Shown piece after piece: positions 20,472 through 28,383 of a DNA stretch of 32,000 nucleotides (position 1 is the stretch's first letter; each line of letters begins with the position of its first letter). The notes beneath the pieces are model-generated. The model was not told the origin of the DNA and searched no databases. It was given only the letters and a program-made list of their open reading frames with translations. The translations under genes were made by a program, and so were the position numbers. Source of the DNA: Promethearchaeota archaeon (GTDB lineage: Archaea > Asgardarchaeota > Lokiarchaeia > Sigyniarchaeales > SOKP01); assembly GCA_030606485.1 (NCBI GenBank), contig JAUWGH010000003.1, positions 300,001 to 332,000 on the forward strand, read 5' to 3'.

Positions 20472-20568
20472 ATAATAAATTATTTTCCGGTGCGTGAATT
20501 GGTACGAATTTATCTCCGAAATTTTTAACGCTATTGCCTATTTATGCAAATTTAATTAACGAAATTTT

Positions 20569-20618
20569 TCGATTTTTTTTCGATCCCCGATCGATCGACC
20601 GATCCGATCAATCGAAAA
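20569..20618. repeat. CGAT/GATC-rich cluster
   Basis: GATC at 20582, 20589, 20593, 20601 and 20606. Overlapping CGATCG at 20588 and 20592. Flanked by TTTTCGAT/ATCGAAAA inverted arms. Confidence 0.8.
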
Positions 20619-20891
20619 TTCCATTATATAGTGCACTGTACGAATTAATAAATATATGTATCTATAGGTATAGAACCGCAGAATAGGGGTATAAAATTAC
20701 AGATTAGAGCTCTAAAAATTCTACACCAAAAATCTGCACAATAATAATAGAGTACTACAGTACTGGGCATCTTGAATGCCTAACAACTATGTGAACGTTA
20801 AAACATTTAATGAATAGTTACATGCATGTAAAGGTATAGTAACATTGAAATTCTCGGAGACGGAATCAAATCGGGTGATAAGAATTTACAC

Positions 20892-20910
20892 AATCATGAA
20901 GTTCATAATT
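20892..20910. promoter_or_regulatory. Operator-like palindrome upstream of the ABC-2 ATPase
   Basis: AATCATGAAGTTCATAATT is a 19-bp dyad with one mismatched pair, about 60 nt before ATG 20969. Confidence 0.45.
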
Positions 20911-20968
20911 TATGTTTTTTTGTTTTTTTGATATTATTAATATATTACAAGCATCTAAATCTAATAAC

Positions 20969-21925
20969 ATGGAAGTAATTCAAGTTAAAAATTTAGTGAA
21001 ATATTATAAAACTAAAAAGAAAGTAGTTAAAGCGGTAGATGATATTTCATTTAATATATTAGAAGGAGAAAGATTCGGGTTTCTTGGACCGAATGGATCG
21101 GGAAAAACCACCACTATTAGGTCTATATTAGGACTTTTGAGAGGTGTTAAGGGAGAAATTTCAATTTTAGGGGAAAAAATCAACCCTAATAAAGACACAG
21201 TTTATCGTAATCATATTGGTTATATTCCGGGTGAGCTTGGTTTAGAATCTGAATTGAATGCTATTCAAATGTGTAAATATTTAAGTAAGCTTTATGATAT
21301 TTCTTTTAACTGGGATGAGATTAAAAATATCGCCGAACGATTAAAGTTAGATGTAAGTCGTCCAATCCAAGAATTAAGCAAGGGCAACAGACAAAAGGTG
21401 GGAATCCTTACATCATTGATGGGAGATTTTGATATACTAATTTTAGATGAACCAACATCTGGACTGGATCCGTTAATTCAATCAGAATTCTTTGAGATTA
21501 TAAAAGAAAGGCAAGAAAAAGCTAGCTGCACAGTTTTTATATGCTCGCACCTCCTTTCAGAAGTCGAGAAATTCTGCAATCGAGTTGCTATTATTCGCAA
21601 TGGCAAAATCGTGGAGATTTCAAAAATTTCCGAACTCAAGCAGAAAGGATTGAAAAGTTTTCAACTAGAATTCACATCAAATGCTGGATTGATGGAATTT
21701 GTACAATATCTAGAATCTCAGTTTCTTAATGCAACAGTTAAATCACAGAGTGTCAATCGCATTGAATTTTTGATTCCTCCAGAGAAAAAAAGAAATTTAC
21801 TGCATGATATTAGTGAAATGCAATGGGCTGGGGAATATATAAAAGATTTCAATATTAATAATTCAAGCCTCGAGGATATTTTTATGAAATATTATGAAAT
21901 TGACAATCCAGAGGAGGAGAGATAA
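20969..21925 (+). CDS. ABC-2 type transporter ATP-binding protein
   Basis: Walker A GPNGSGKTT, LSKGNRQKVG signature, ILDEPTSGLDP, SHLLSEV, and C-terminal SLEDIF. The likely start is MEVIQVKN at 20969 rather than 20912. Confidence 0.93.
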   Translation: MEVIQVKNLVKYYKTKKKVVKAVDDISFNILEGERFGFLGPNGSGKTTTIRSILGLLRGVKGEISILGEKINPNKDTVYRNHIGYIPGELGLESELNAIQMCKYLSKLYDISFNWDEIKNIAERLKLDVSRPIQELSKGNRQKVGILTSLMGDFDILILDEPTSGLDPLIQSEFFEIIKERQEKASCTVFICSHLLSEVEKFCNRVAIIRNGKIVEISKISELKQKGLKSFQLEFTSNAGLMEFVQYLESQFLNATVKSQSVNRIEFLIPPEKKRNLLHDISEMQWAGEYIKDFNINNSSLEDIFMKYYEIDNPEEER

Positions 21926-22740
21926 TGAAATTATTTACTATCACAAAAATTGAAATCAAAAAGAGCTTCAAACCTGTATTATTACTCTCTCTTCTTATGT
22001 GTTTGTTTGTATTAATGATTGTGTCAATATTTGATCCCGAACTCTTTGAGGGTATAGAAGAAATGATGGACCTATTTCCAGAGGCAATCAAGGATATGCT
22101 AGGTTCAGCATTAGATTTAACAACAATTGGAGGTTTTTATACCATAGAGTTTCTTTCAATGATTTGGATTTGGGTTGGAATTTATTTTATCTTAAAGGCA
22201 GGACAAGATATACCAGCAACTATAGATAATAAAACAATAGATCTAGTTCTAAGTAAACCTTTGAAACGATGGGAATTTGTTCTTGGGAGATATATGAGAT
22301 TTGTTTTTTCTATTCTATTAGTTATACTTTTCATTGGAATTACAACATTTATATTGTTTGAAATCGCACCAAATCTTCAAGATCAAGAGATAGATTTTTC
22401 AGAATTCTTTTGGGCGTTAACTTGGGCTTTCATATTTGTTGTTTCTTTAACCACGACTGCATTCTTTTTTTCAGTCTTCTTGAATAGAAAGAAAGCAACT
22501 GGTTTAGCTTTTGGGATGATGGTTTTGTTTTTTATAGTGGGGACATTTTACAGTTATTTCGAAGAAGATGTTCAAGAAATAAAGCGAATTAGCCTATTTT
22601 TTTACTATGATCCCGCAAGAATTTTAGTTAGCCATAGTTACGAAAATGTTCTAAGAGATTTCCTAATACTATCTGGATATTCTGTGGTTATGGTTATTGC
22701 CTCAATAGTAATTTTTAACAAAAGAGATATTCCTGTTTAA
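21925..22740 (+). CDS. ABC-2 type transporter permease
   Basis: Six predicted TM segments, DLVLSKPLKRWEFVLGR motif, C-terminal FNKRDIPV. Start overlaps the ATPase stop. Confidence 0.9.
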   Translation: MKLFTITKIEIKKSFKPVLLLSLLMCLFVLMIVSIFDPELFEGIEEMMDLFPEAIKDMLGSALDLTTIGGFYTIEFLSMIWIWVGIYFILKAGQDIPATIDNKTIDLVLSKPLKRWEFVLGRYMRFVFSILLVILFIGITTFILFEIAPNLQDQEIDFSEFFWALTWAFIFVVSLTTTAFFFSVFLNRKKATGLAFGMMVLFFIVGTFYSYFEEDVQEIKRISLFFYYDPARILVSHSYENVLRDFLILSGYSVVMVIASIVIFNKRDIPV

Positions 22741-22749
22741 TTTTTTTTT
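22741..22749 (+). terminator. Oligo-T terminator of the ABC-2 operon
   Basis: T9 immediately after the permease stop. Confidence 0.55.
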
Positions 22750-22767
22750 CTCAAGATTAAGTTCCAG

Positions 22768-22923
22768 ATGAGTAATGCATCAATTCATGGCAATATCTTT
22801 ATAGAGAATGATAAACTTCAAACAAAAATGAATAAAATTGGGAAAATTAATAATATAGAGGAGTTAAATTTATTTTCTGATGCAAAGAATGGAACTAATA
22901 CGGAATTAAAATTAAGTAATTAA
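22768..22923 (+). pseudogene. Orphan 3' fragment of the cyclophilin-like gene with an in-frame ATG (51-aa ORF)
   Basis: MSNASIHGN-IFIENDKLQTKMNKIGKINNIEELNLFSDAKNGTNTELKLSN*. The last 42 aa are 74% identical to the C-terminus of 20064..20471. Confidence 0.8.
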
Positions 22924-22931
22924 ATGTTAAT

Positions 22932-23738
22932 TTATTTTTCTTTCTTTTGCCGATCTTCCAAATATCGACTCCAATCGAACCCAAATATAAACATCATAAT
23001 TGTTAAAGTCAAAATTAGCATAATACCTTCAATTATCACATCTTGAATTGGAGTTAATTCTGCACCAATCCCTAAAAGTCCTAGTCTCACCAATACTGGC
23101 CATAAACAGTAAAAGAGTGTTGTAAAAGTCTTTCCAATCCATCCTGGAATAAGAGCTTTATACCATTTATATTTTAGTAAACCAAGTGGAATATATAATA
23201 AATCATCTGGCGCAGGAGTAAGGGCAAATAGGAAGATATAAAGGGGAGTGCGTTTCTCATTTTCTAAGACCAATTTTCCAAACCCACTTAAATTCTTCAT
23301 GATTTTGGAACTTGAAGTATCTATTAATTTCCCAGCCCCATATCCAGCGATATAGCCAGCTAACTCTCCAATAGCACAACCTAATCCCCCAAATACGACA
23401 AAACCCATAATTTCCATCCAAAAATTACTATTAGCTAATATTTCTTGAAATAATAATCCCTGATTTCCGTACTTCATTAATAATGAATTTGATAATGTAA
23501 ATAAAATGAATGGAAAAGGAATTGGGAAGCCGATACTTGCAGATCCTATTAAGCAAACTAAAAAAGCAATAAATACCCCCCAGAAATAATTAGTATCTTC
23601 TGTTAGAATCACAAAAGAAGAGCGCACTGATATTACAAAGTCTTGGAATTCAGGAAAAACAAAAAAACACAAAAGATATGCAGAAACTATAACGTAAAAA
23701 AATATAAAAACATATAATAATCGCTTGGATAGGGTCAT
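22932..23738 (-). CDS. DedA/VTT (SNARE-associated Golgi protein-like) membrane protein
   Basis: SIGFPIPFP, GCAIGELAGYIAGYG, FLFALTPAPDD...IPLGL, and LIPGWIGK motifs. Confidence 0.85.
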   Translation of the reverse strand: MTLSKRLLYVFIFFYVIVSAYLLCFFVFPEFQDFVISVRSSFVILTEDTNYFWGVFIAFLVCLIGSASIGFPIPFPFILFTLSNSLLMKYGNQGLLFQEILANSNFWMEIMGFVVFGGLGCAIGELAGYIAGYGAGKLIDTSSSKIMKNLSGFGKLVLENEKRTPLYIFLFALTPAPDDLLYIPLGLLKYKWYKALIPGWIGKTFTTLFYCLWPVLVRLGLLGIGAELTPIQDVIIEGIMLILTLTIMMFIFGFDWSRYLEDRQKKEK

Positions 23739-23882
23739 GATTAATTAAAACTATTTTGAGTTATTAATCTTATTTAGTAATGATTCAAGCTCAAATTCAC
23801 AAACACAATGCGGATTGAAAAACCTCTAATGGACTAAAGGCAATAAATAGCAGAAAAAAGATTTCTTCTTAGAATTAACGAA

Positions 23883-24218
23883 TTATTTTGTAGATAATTC
23901 GATTTCAATTCTAGAGATTAGTTCTTTATTGTGATTTTTGCTATTTCGTTTATAATGTTGACCTCTGATTCGAGAATCTTGGTGTCTCCCATAATTCGTA
24001 TAATTATTCCTACGGGAACTTATGGAGATATTACTGATATCGACTCCTGGATACATTCTATTTTTTAGATCAACAGCGGTTTCGACAGCGGTTGAGATCT
24101 CGTCTCCTTCTCCTTTAATCAGAATAGTCCTCGTTCCAGCAGTGAATGCAAATATGCCATCTGTCGTGTATTTATTTTTGTCCCGTCGGTCTCTTACAGT
24201 GATAATTTTTGGATTCAT
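23883..24218 (-). CDS. Divergent Alba-family nucleic-acid-binding protein
   Basis: ILIKGEGDEISTAVETAVDLKNRMYPGVDISNISI...ISRIEIEL aligns with Alba [26 protein letters not shown]...IKEIRV...VSTIEIAI. Confidence 0.75.
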   Translation of the reverse strand: MNPKIITVRDRRDKNKYTTDGIFAFTAGTRTILIKGEGDEISTAVETAVDLKNRMYPGVDISNISISSRRNNYTNYGRHQDSRIRGQHYKRNSKNHNKELISRIEIELSTK

Positions 24219-24357
24219 ATTTAAAAAAAGGATATTTAAAACTTAATAATTAAACAGTTACAATACTAAATAAAAAGCTTGTTATATTTGCGTTATTTTT
24301 GAATTTTCAAAGTACAAGTAATTTTAAAATAAGGCATAATTTTTTTTTTCAGATAAT

Positions 24358-25524
24358 TTATTTTATTTTGAATTTTAATTTTTCTTCAATAATCTTAAGT
24401 TCTTTCGTATAGGAATTAAGCCTTTCTTCCAAATATTCAACGATTTTTCTTTCGGCGGTATCCAAATAGTCATAATAAGGGCGAATGACCTCCATTTTTT
24501 TATTAAATCTGGCTTTAATCTTTCCTAACCATTCTTTTGGCTTCAGTAATTTCTTCTCTAATTCCCCTTGAATTTTTTTCTTTGCCCCCTCAAATTTCTT
24601 TTTAGCTTCAGATTTATTATATGTTTTGTTTTTTAGGATTTTTTTCAATTTTTGTTTTGATTTAGCTATTTCTTTCTCTAATTTTTCTCTATAATGGGGA
24701 ACACGATATTTTTCTTCTAGGAATTTTGGATTCCATTCATACAGATAACGATCTGCCTCCTCTTCAGCTAGCTCTTCTGAGGTTGTAATTTTTTTATCTC
24801 TTTTCGGAACTAAAATTAATCCAAAATTTCTTTGTAGTTGAGCCATTAACCTTTTTCGTAATACATTATGAATATAATGCAATAATTCATTAATCTCTTT
24901 AAATTTTGGAAGAACTTCTTTAATTTCATTGTTAATCTTTTTTATCGCTTGATCAACAGGAACATCAAATTTTAATTCTGCAAATGCATATTTTGAATAA
25001 ACACCACGAGATGGATCAACAAGTCGTAAACCTTTAATTCCAGAAACATTAATAGTCTGCTCTGTATGGTCATAAATAAGTCCTATGGCATATGGATTTG
25101 GACCTTGATATCCTAGTTGCGTTGCAGTATCAACCCTGGAGAAAAACCAGCCAAAACCTGGATGCGTATGCCACCATCCTAAAATAAAATCATCACTTTG
25201 TTCATTAAGGAATTTTTCATAAAGAGATTCATCGATCTGAGCCATATCTGCATATTGTTTTGTTTCAAATTTAACACCAGCACGACTACCAACAATCATA
25301 GGAATTGCATCTGTAATATAACAGATATCATCATTCTCAATATGTCCAATCAGAATTCCATATGCTTCTCTCCAATTTTTTGGTTTCATATCATTATTTG
25401 CATATCTCAAGGCGTAGACTACAATTCGCCTATATGCTTTCATTGAGATAATGCAAGGAGATTCTGGATCAACTTTTTTAGATGAAAAATTAATAGATTT
25501 TCTTACCATAATTTGGAATATCAA
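24358..25524 (-). CDS. MPN+/JAMM metalloprotease-domain protein (Rpn11/CSN5-like) with long helical/coiled-coil C-terminus
   Basis: REAYGILIG and GWWHTHPGFGWFFSRVD form an intact E...HxH-x7-S-x2-D motif. TQLGYQ and AIGLIYD also present. The C-terminal half is Lys/Glu-rich. The start may be MVRKS. Confidence 0.88.
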   Translation of the reverse strand: MIFQIMVRKSINFSSKKVDPESPCIISMKAYRRIVVYALRYANNDMKPKNWREAYGILIGHIENDDICYITDAIPMIVGSRAGVKFETKQYADMAQIDESLYEKFLNEQSDDFILGWWHTHPGFGWFFSRVDTATQLGYQGPNPYAIGLIYDHTEQTINVSGIKGLRLVDPSRGVYSKYAFAELKFDVPVDQAIKKINNEIKEVLPKFKEINELLHYIHNVLRKRLMAQLQRNFGLILVPKRDKKITTSEELAEEEADRYLYEWNPKFLEEKYRVPHYREKLEKEIAKSKQKLKKILKNKTYNKSEAKKKFEGAKKKIQGELEKKLLKPKEWLGKIKARFNKKMEVIRPYYDYLDTAERKIVEYLEERLNSYTKELKIIEEKLKFKIK

Positions 25525-25646
25525 ATTTTATAAGAGTAGACAATTCATGAATTTTTTGTATAGTATAATAAATCAAAAAAAATTATTAAAAACCTTCTTT
25601 ATTAAATAACTTATTATTAATAAAAAAGCAATTTCTCTCTTCTATC

Positions 25647-26225
25647 ATGATGCAACCTATTATGAAGAATAAAATTGTTATTGGTTTTGTTGGGTTAGCT
25701 GGAGCCGGTAAATCATCTGCTCTTGAAGGGATAAAATCCATAGGAACAATAATTACAATGGGAGATGTAATAAGAAAAGAGGCAGAACTGAGAAATATAT
25801 CTTGTACTTCTAAAAATCTTGGAATGATTGCAAAAGATTTAAGGAAAGAGTATGGGAATGATGTGATCGCAAAAAAATGCGTTGAGCTTATAAAAGAACA
25901 TCCATCTGATACAATTTTCATAGATGGATTACGTTCAATGAATGAAGTAAATATTTTTCGTGAATTTTTAAAATTCCCAATAATCTCTATTATTATCGAT
26001 GAAGAGATTAGGATTAAACGCCTTTTAGAAAGGGGGAGAGAAGATGATTCGATAAAAATAGATGATATTAAAGAACGTGATGAAAGAGAAGCGAAATTTG
26101 GTTTAAAAGAAGTTATAGAGAATTCAGATTATAAAATTAATAACAATTCAACAATTACAGATTTACAAGAAAAAACACGAAAAATTATTGAAAAAATAAT
26201 TATGGAACCATCTAATTTATTCTAA
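25647..26225 (+). CDS. P-loop nucleoside-monophosphate-kinase-like protein (dephospho-CoA kinase-like/UPF0200)
   Basis: GLAGAGKS, MGDVIRKE, IDGLRSMNE, RGREDD, and RDEREAKFGL motifs. Confidence 0.8.
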   Translation: MMQPIMKNKIVIGFVGLAGAGKSSALEGIKSIGTIITMGDVIRKEAELRNISCTSKNLGMIAKDLRKEYGNDVIAKKCVELIKEHPSDTIFIDGLRSMNEVNIFREFLKFPIISIIIDEEIRIKRLLERGREDDSIKIDDIKERDEREAKFGLKEVIENSDYKINNNSTITDLQEKTRKIIEKIIMEPSNLF

Positions 26226-27128
26226 TTGTTTTGCAATAAGTTTAGCAAGACTTACTTTACTCACAGGAGTATCAATAGAATCCGTTCCAATGATCTCATC
26301 GGCTCCTGCATTTAATATACGATAGGTTGCATTTTCTAATAATAAAGCATGGGTTCCCACTGCCAATATTTTATTTGCACCACATTTTTTAGAAATTTTA
26401 ATTGCATTAGCCATAGTACCTCCTGTCGCTATTATGTCATCTGAAATAATTACATCATGTCCTGATAAATCTACATCAGCATACATTTCAATTTCTCCAG
26501 TTCTCACATCTCGTTCTTTTGAGAATAACTTTACAGGAATATTTTCTCCTAAATGTGCTGCAAATTGTTCTGAACGGGCTACAGCACCCTTATCCGGAGC
26601 AATAACAATTGCATTATTCAAATTTAATACTTTCACGTAATTGGCAATTTCGGTCGTTGGATCAAGATTTTTGGCGGGAATCGAGAAATCATTTAATATA
26701 TCAGGTGCATGAACATCTACAGTATAAAATTTATCAATACCTAACGAGTCAATCATTTTCACGATTACACTAGCAAATCTAGTTTCTCCCGGTCTAAAGA
26801 TTTTATCTTGGCGTCCATAAGCTAGGTACGGAACTACTACTGTTAAATTCTGAGGATTCATTCTCTTCGCTGCAGAAATCATCATAAATAATTCCATAAT
26901 CCTTGCATTTTGATTCTCCTTTGTGCTCGCTCCTGTAGTTTGGATAATAATAATATCATTTCCTTCAATTATAGACTCATCATCAATGTTTAGTCTGAGG
27001 TAATTTTCTCCATCGGGAAATTTTTTAGTCTCTGTTGTTATAGTTTCAATATTGAGCAATTTCGCAATTCTCATTCCCAACAACTGAGATGAGGGACCTA
27101 TAATTAGATATTTTCCCATTTTTTTCAC
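26217..27128 (-). CDS. prs: Ribose-phosphate pyrophosphokinase (archaeal type)
   Basis: KFPDGENY, VVPYLAYGRQDK, VDVHA, APDKGA, DDIIATGGT, and THAL. The 3' end overlaps the convergent kinase gene by 9 bp. Confidence 0.96.
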   Translation of the reverse strand: MKKMGKYLIIGPSSQLLGMRIAKLLNIETITTETKKFPDGENYLRLNIDDESIIEGNDIIIIQTTGASTKENQNARIMELFMMISAAKRMNPQNLTVVVPYLAYGRQDKIFRPGETRFASVIVKMIDSLGIDKFYTVDVHAPDILNDFSIPAKNLDPTTEIANYVKVLNLNNAIVIAPDKGAVARSEQFAAHLGENIPVKLFSKERDVRTGEIEMYADVDLSGHDVIISDDIIATGGTMANAIKISKKCGANKILAVGTHALLLENATYRILNAGADEIIGTDSIDTPVSKVSLAKLIAKQLE

Positions 27129-27169
27129 CTATATTATATTTTGCAGATGTTCATATTAAAATTATTTTT

Positions 27170-27886
27170 TTATAACTTTTTAAGAAATTTTAGTATCTCT
27201 TGAAATAGATTTTCTCTATTCCCTTTAAATGAATGCCCACCTGTGTCATAAATTAATACATTTTCATTATTCAATCCTAATTGCTCCTTAATCTGGGACA
27301 GATTTTCAAAGGGAATTGTTTCATCATCTTTGCAATGAGCGATTAGAATTCTATTATTATTTGAAGGATCCTTATTAAGATAGAATTTTGGACTTACATT
27401 TCTAATTATTTCTTCACCAAAATTTATTTTACTCTGACCAACTGTAGCATAATCGTATCTTGTACATAACGTAATAAGAATTTTTGCCCGAACATCTTTA
27501 AACCCTTGAGTTAGTATAATAGCTCCTCCATAACTTCTCCCAAAAAGTGCAATTTTTTTTTCCAAAATTCGATTTTTCTGCTTATCTAAAATCCAACTAA
27601 TTACCTCAGGAAGAAAAAAAAAGATTTTATCAAAAAATTTGATCCAATTTCTTCCAGTTTGTTTTCCCGGCAATGGGTCATAAGCCAATACATTATATCC
27701 GACTTTAGCGAATTTTTCGGTAAATGTTTTTACAAATTTACCATTTCGATCTTCCATAAACGCAGGAATATTAATTATCCATGGAGTTTTCTTGGGAGTA
27801 TCATTTGTATAATAAATAGACCCATTTAAGAAGATTTTACCATCATCTACTGGAATTGAAACATTTTCTATTAAAATGTCTTCCAT
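27170..27886 (-). CDS. Alpha/beta hydrolase
   Basis: GRSYGG nucleophile elbow, HCKDDETIP (Asp), and GGHSF (His). Confidence 0.85.
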   Translation of the reverse strand: MEDILIENVSIPVDDGKIFLNGSIYYTNDTPKKTPWIINIPAFMEDRNGKFVKTFTEKFAKVGYNVLAYDPLPGKQTGRNWIKFFDKIFFFLPEVISWILDKQKNRILEKKIALFGRSYGGAIILTQGFKDVRAKILITLCTRYDYATVGQSKINFGEEIIRNVSPKFYLNKDPSNNNRILIAHCKDDETIPFENLSQIKEQLGLNNENVLIYDTGGHSFKGNRENLFQEILKFLKKL

Positions 27887-27897
27887 GTTCTATACCT

Positions 27898-28170
27898 CTA
27901 TTGTAAATGTTTTAAAACGTGCTTCTCTAATGCATTAAATGATTCTTTATCAATTTGATATTTCTTAAGTATTTGAATAATTTTTTGATTAAGTAGATTG
28001 TGTTCCGGTTTGCATGCACTTGAATTTAAAAATTCTTCCCCATGAAACATACCCACAGTATTTTCAGTAATTCGAATAAGTTCCGTTGCGATAATACTAT
28101 TTATGAATATTAAATCTTCCAATCTATTCAGAATCTCTTTATTTTCATTCATACCTTTAGTAATATGCAT
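27898..28170 (-). CDS. Hypothetical protein (about 84-90 aa)
   Basis: ORF tightly upstream of the hydrolase (11-nt gap) with helical, protein-like composition. The start may be MNENK. Confidence 0.65.
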   Translation of the reverse strand: MHITKGMNENKEILNRLEDLIFINSIIATELIRITENTVGMFHGEEFLNSSACKPEHNLLNQKIIQILKKYQIDKESFNALEKHVLKHLQ

Positions 28171-28383
28171 TTTTTTTTAAATCAATCTATTTTTTAAAGC
28201 ATATTATCATATTTGAACAAATTAATTCAATTTAGAAATGTAAATACTAACCTTTAAATAGCTAATTTACCAGTTGCTGATATTTATATACCTTATGTTA
28301 ACATTGTATAGTAAATAAAATTATAATAAATTAAAAAATAAAAAGAATAAAAAGAAAAAAAAAGAGTTAAAAGGAAAAGAATT

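Larger units (their letters stand above)
20474..22792 (+). mobile_element. Putative inserted cassette (palindrome-rich leader plus ABC-2 ATPase and permease) with no recombinase gene
   Basis: Bounded by the diverged direct repeat above. No integrase or transposase ORF inside. Confidence 0.55.
20341..22925 (+). repeat. Diverged direct repeat of the 3' 133 bp of the cyclophilin-like gene (20341-20473 and 22793-22925, offset 2452 bp)
   Basis: 20 mismatches in 133 bp with no indels. Identical blocks of 32 bp (20355-20386) and 23 bp (20451-20473). 31/42 aa identical. Confidence 0.92.

Noticed and set aside
20784-20819. SECIS-like hairpin (GTGAA...TGAA) in the cassette leader
   Set aside because: The upper helix is far shorter than in eukaryote-like SECIS elements, and no in-frame TGA selenoprotein candidate lies upstream.
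20912-20968. 19-codon N-terminal extension of the ABC ATPase in the ORF track
   Set aside because: Low-complexity T-rich sequence. The family N-terminus begins at MEVIQVKN (20969).
23740-23880. Possible C/D-box sRNA between the DedA and Alba genes
   Set aside because: Box C and D matches are poor (ATGATT, CTAA) and there is no terminal stem.
26217-26225. 9-bp 3' overlap of the convergent kinase and prs genes
   Set aside because: Short convergent overlaps are ordinary in compact archaeal genomes.
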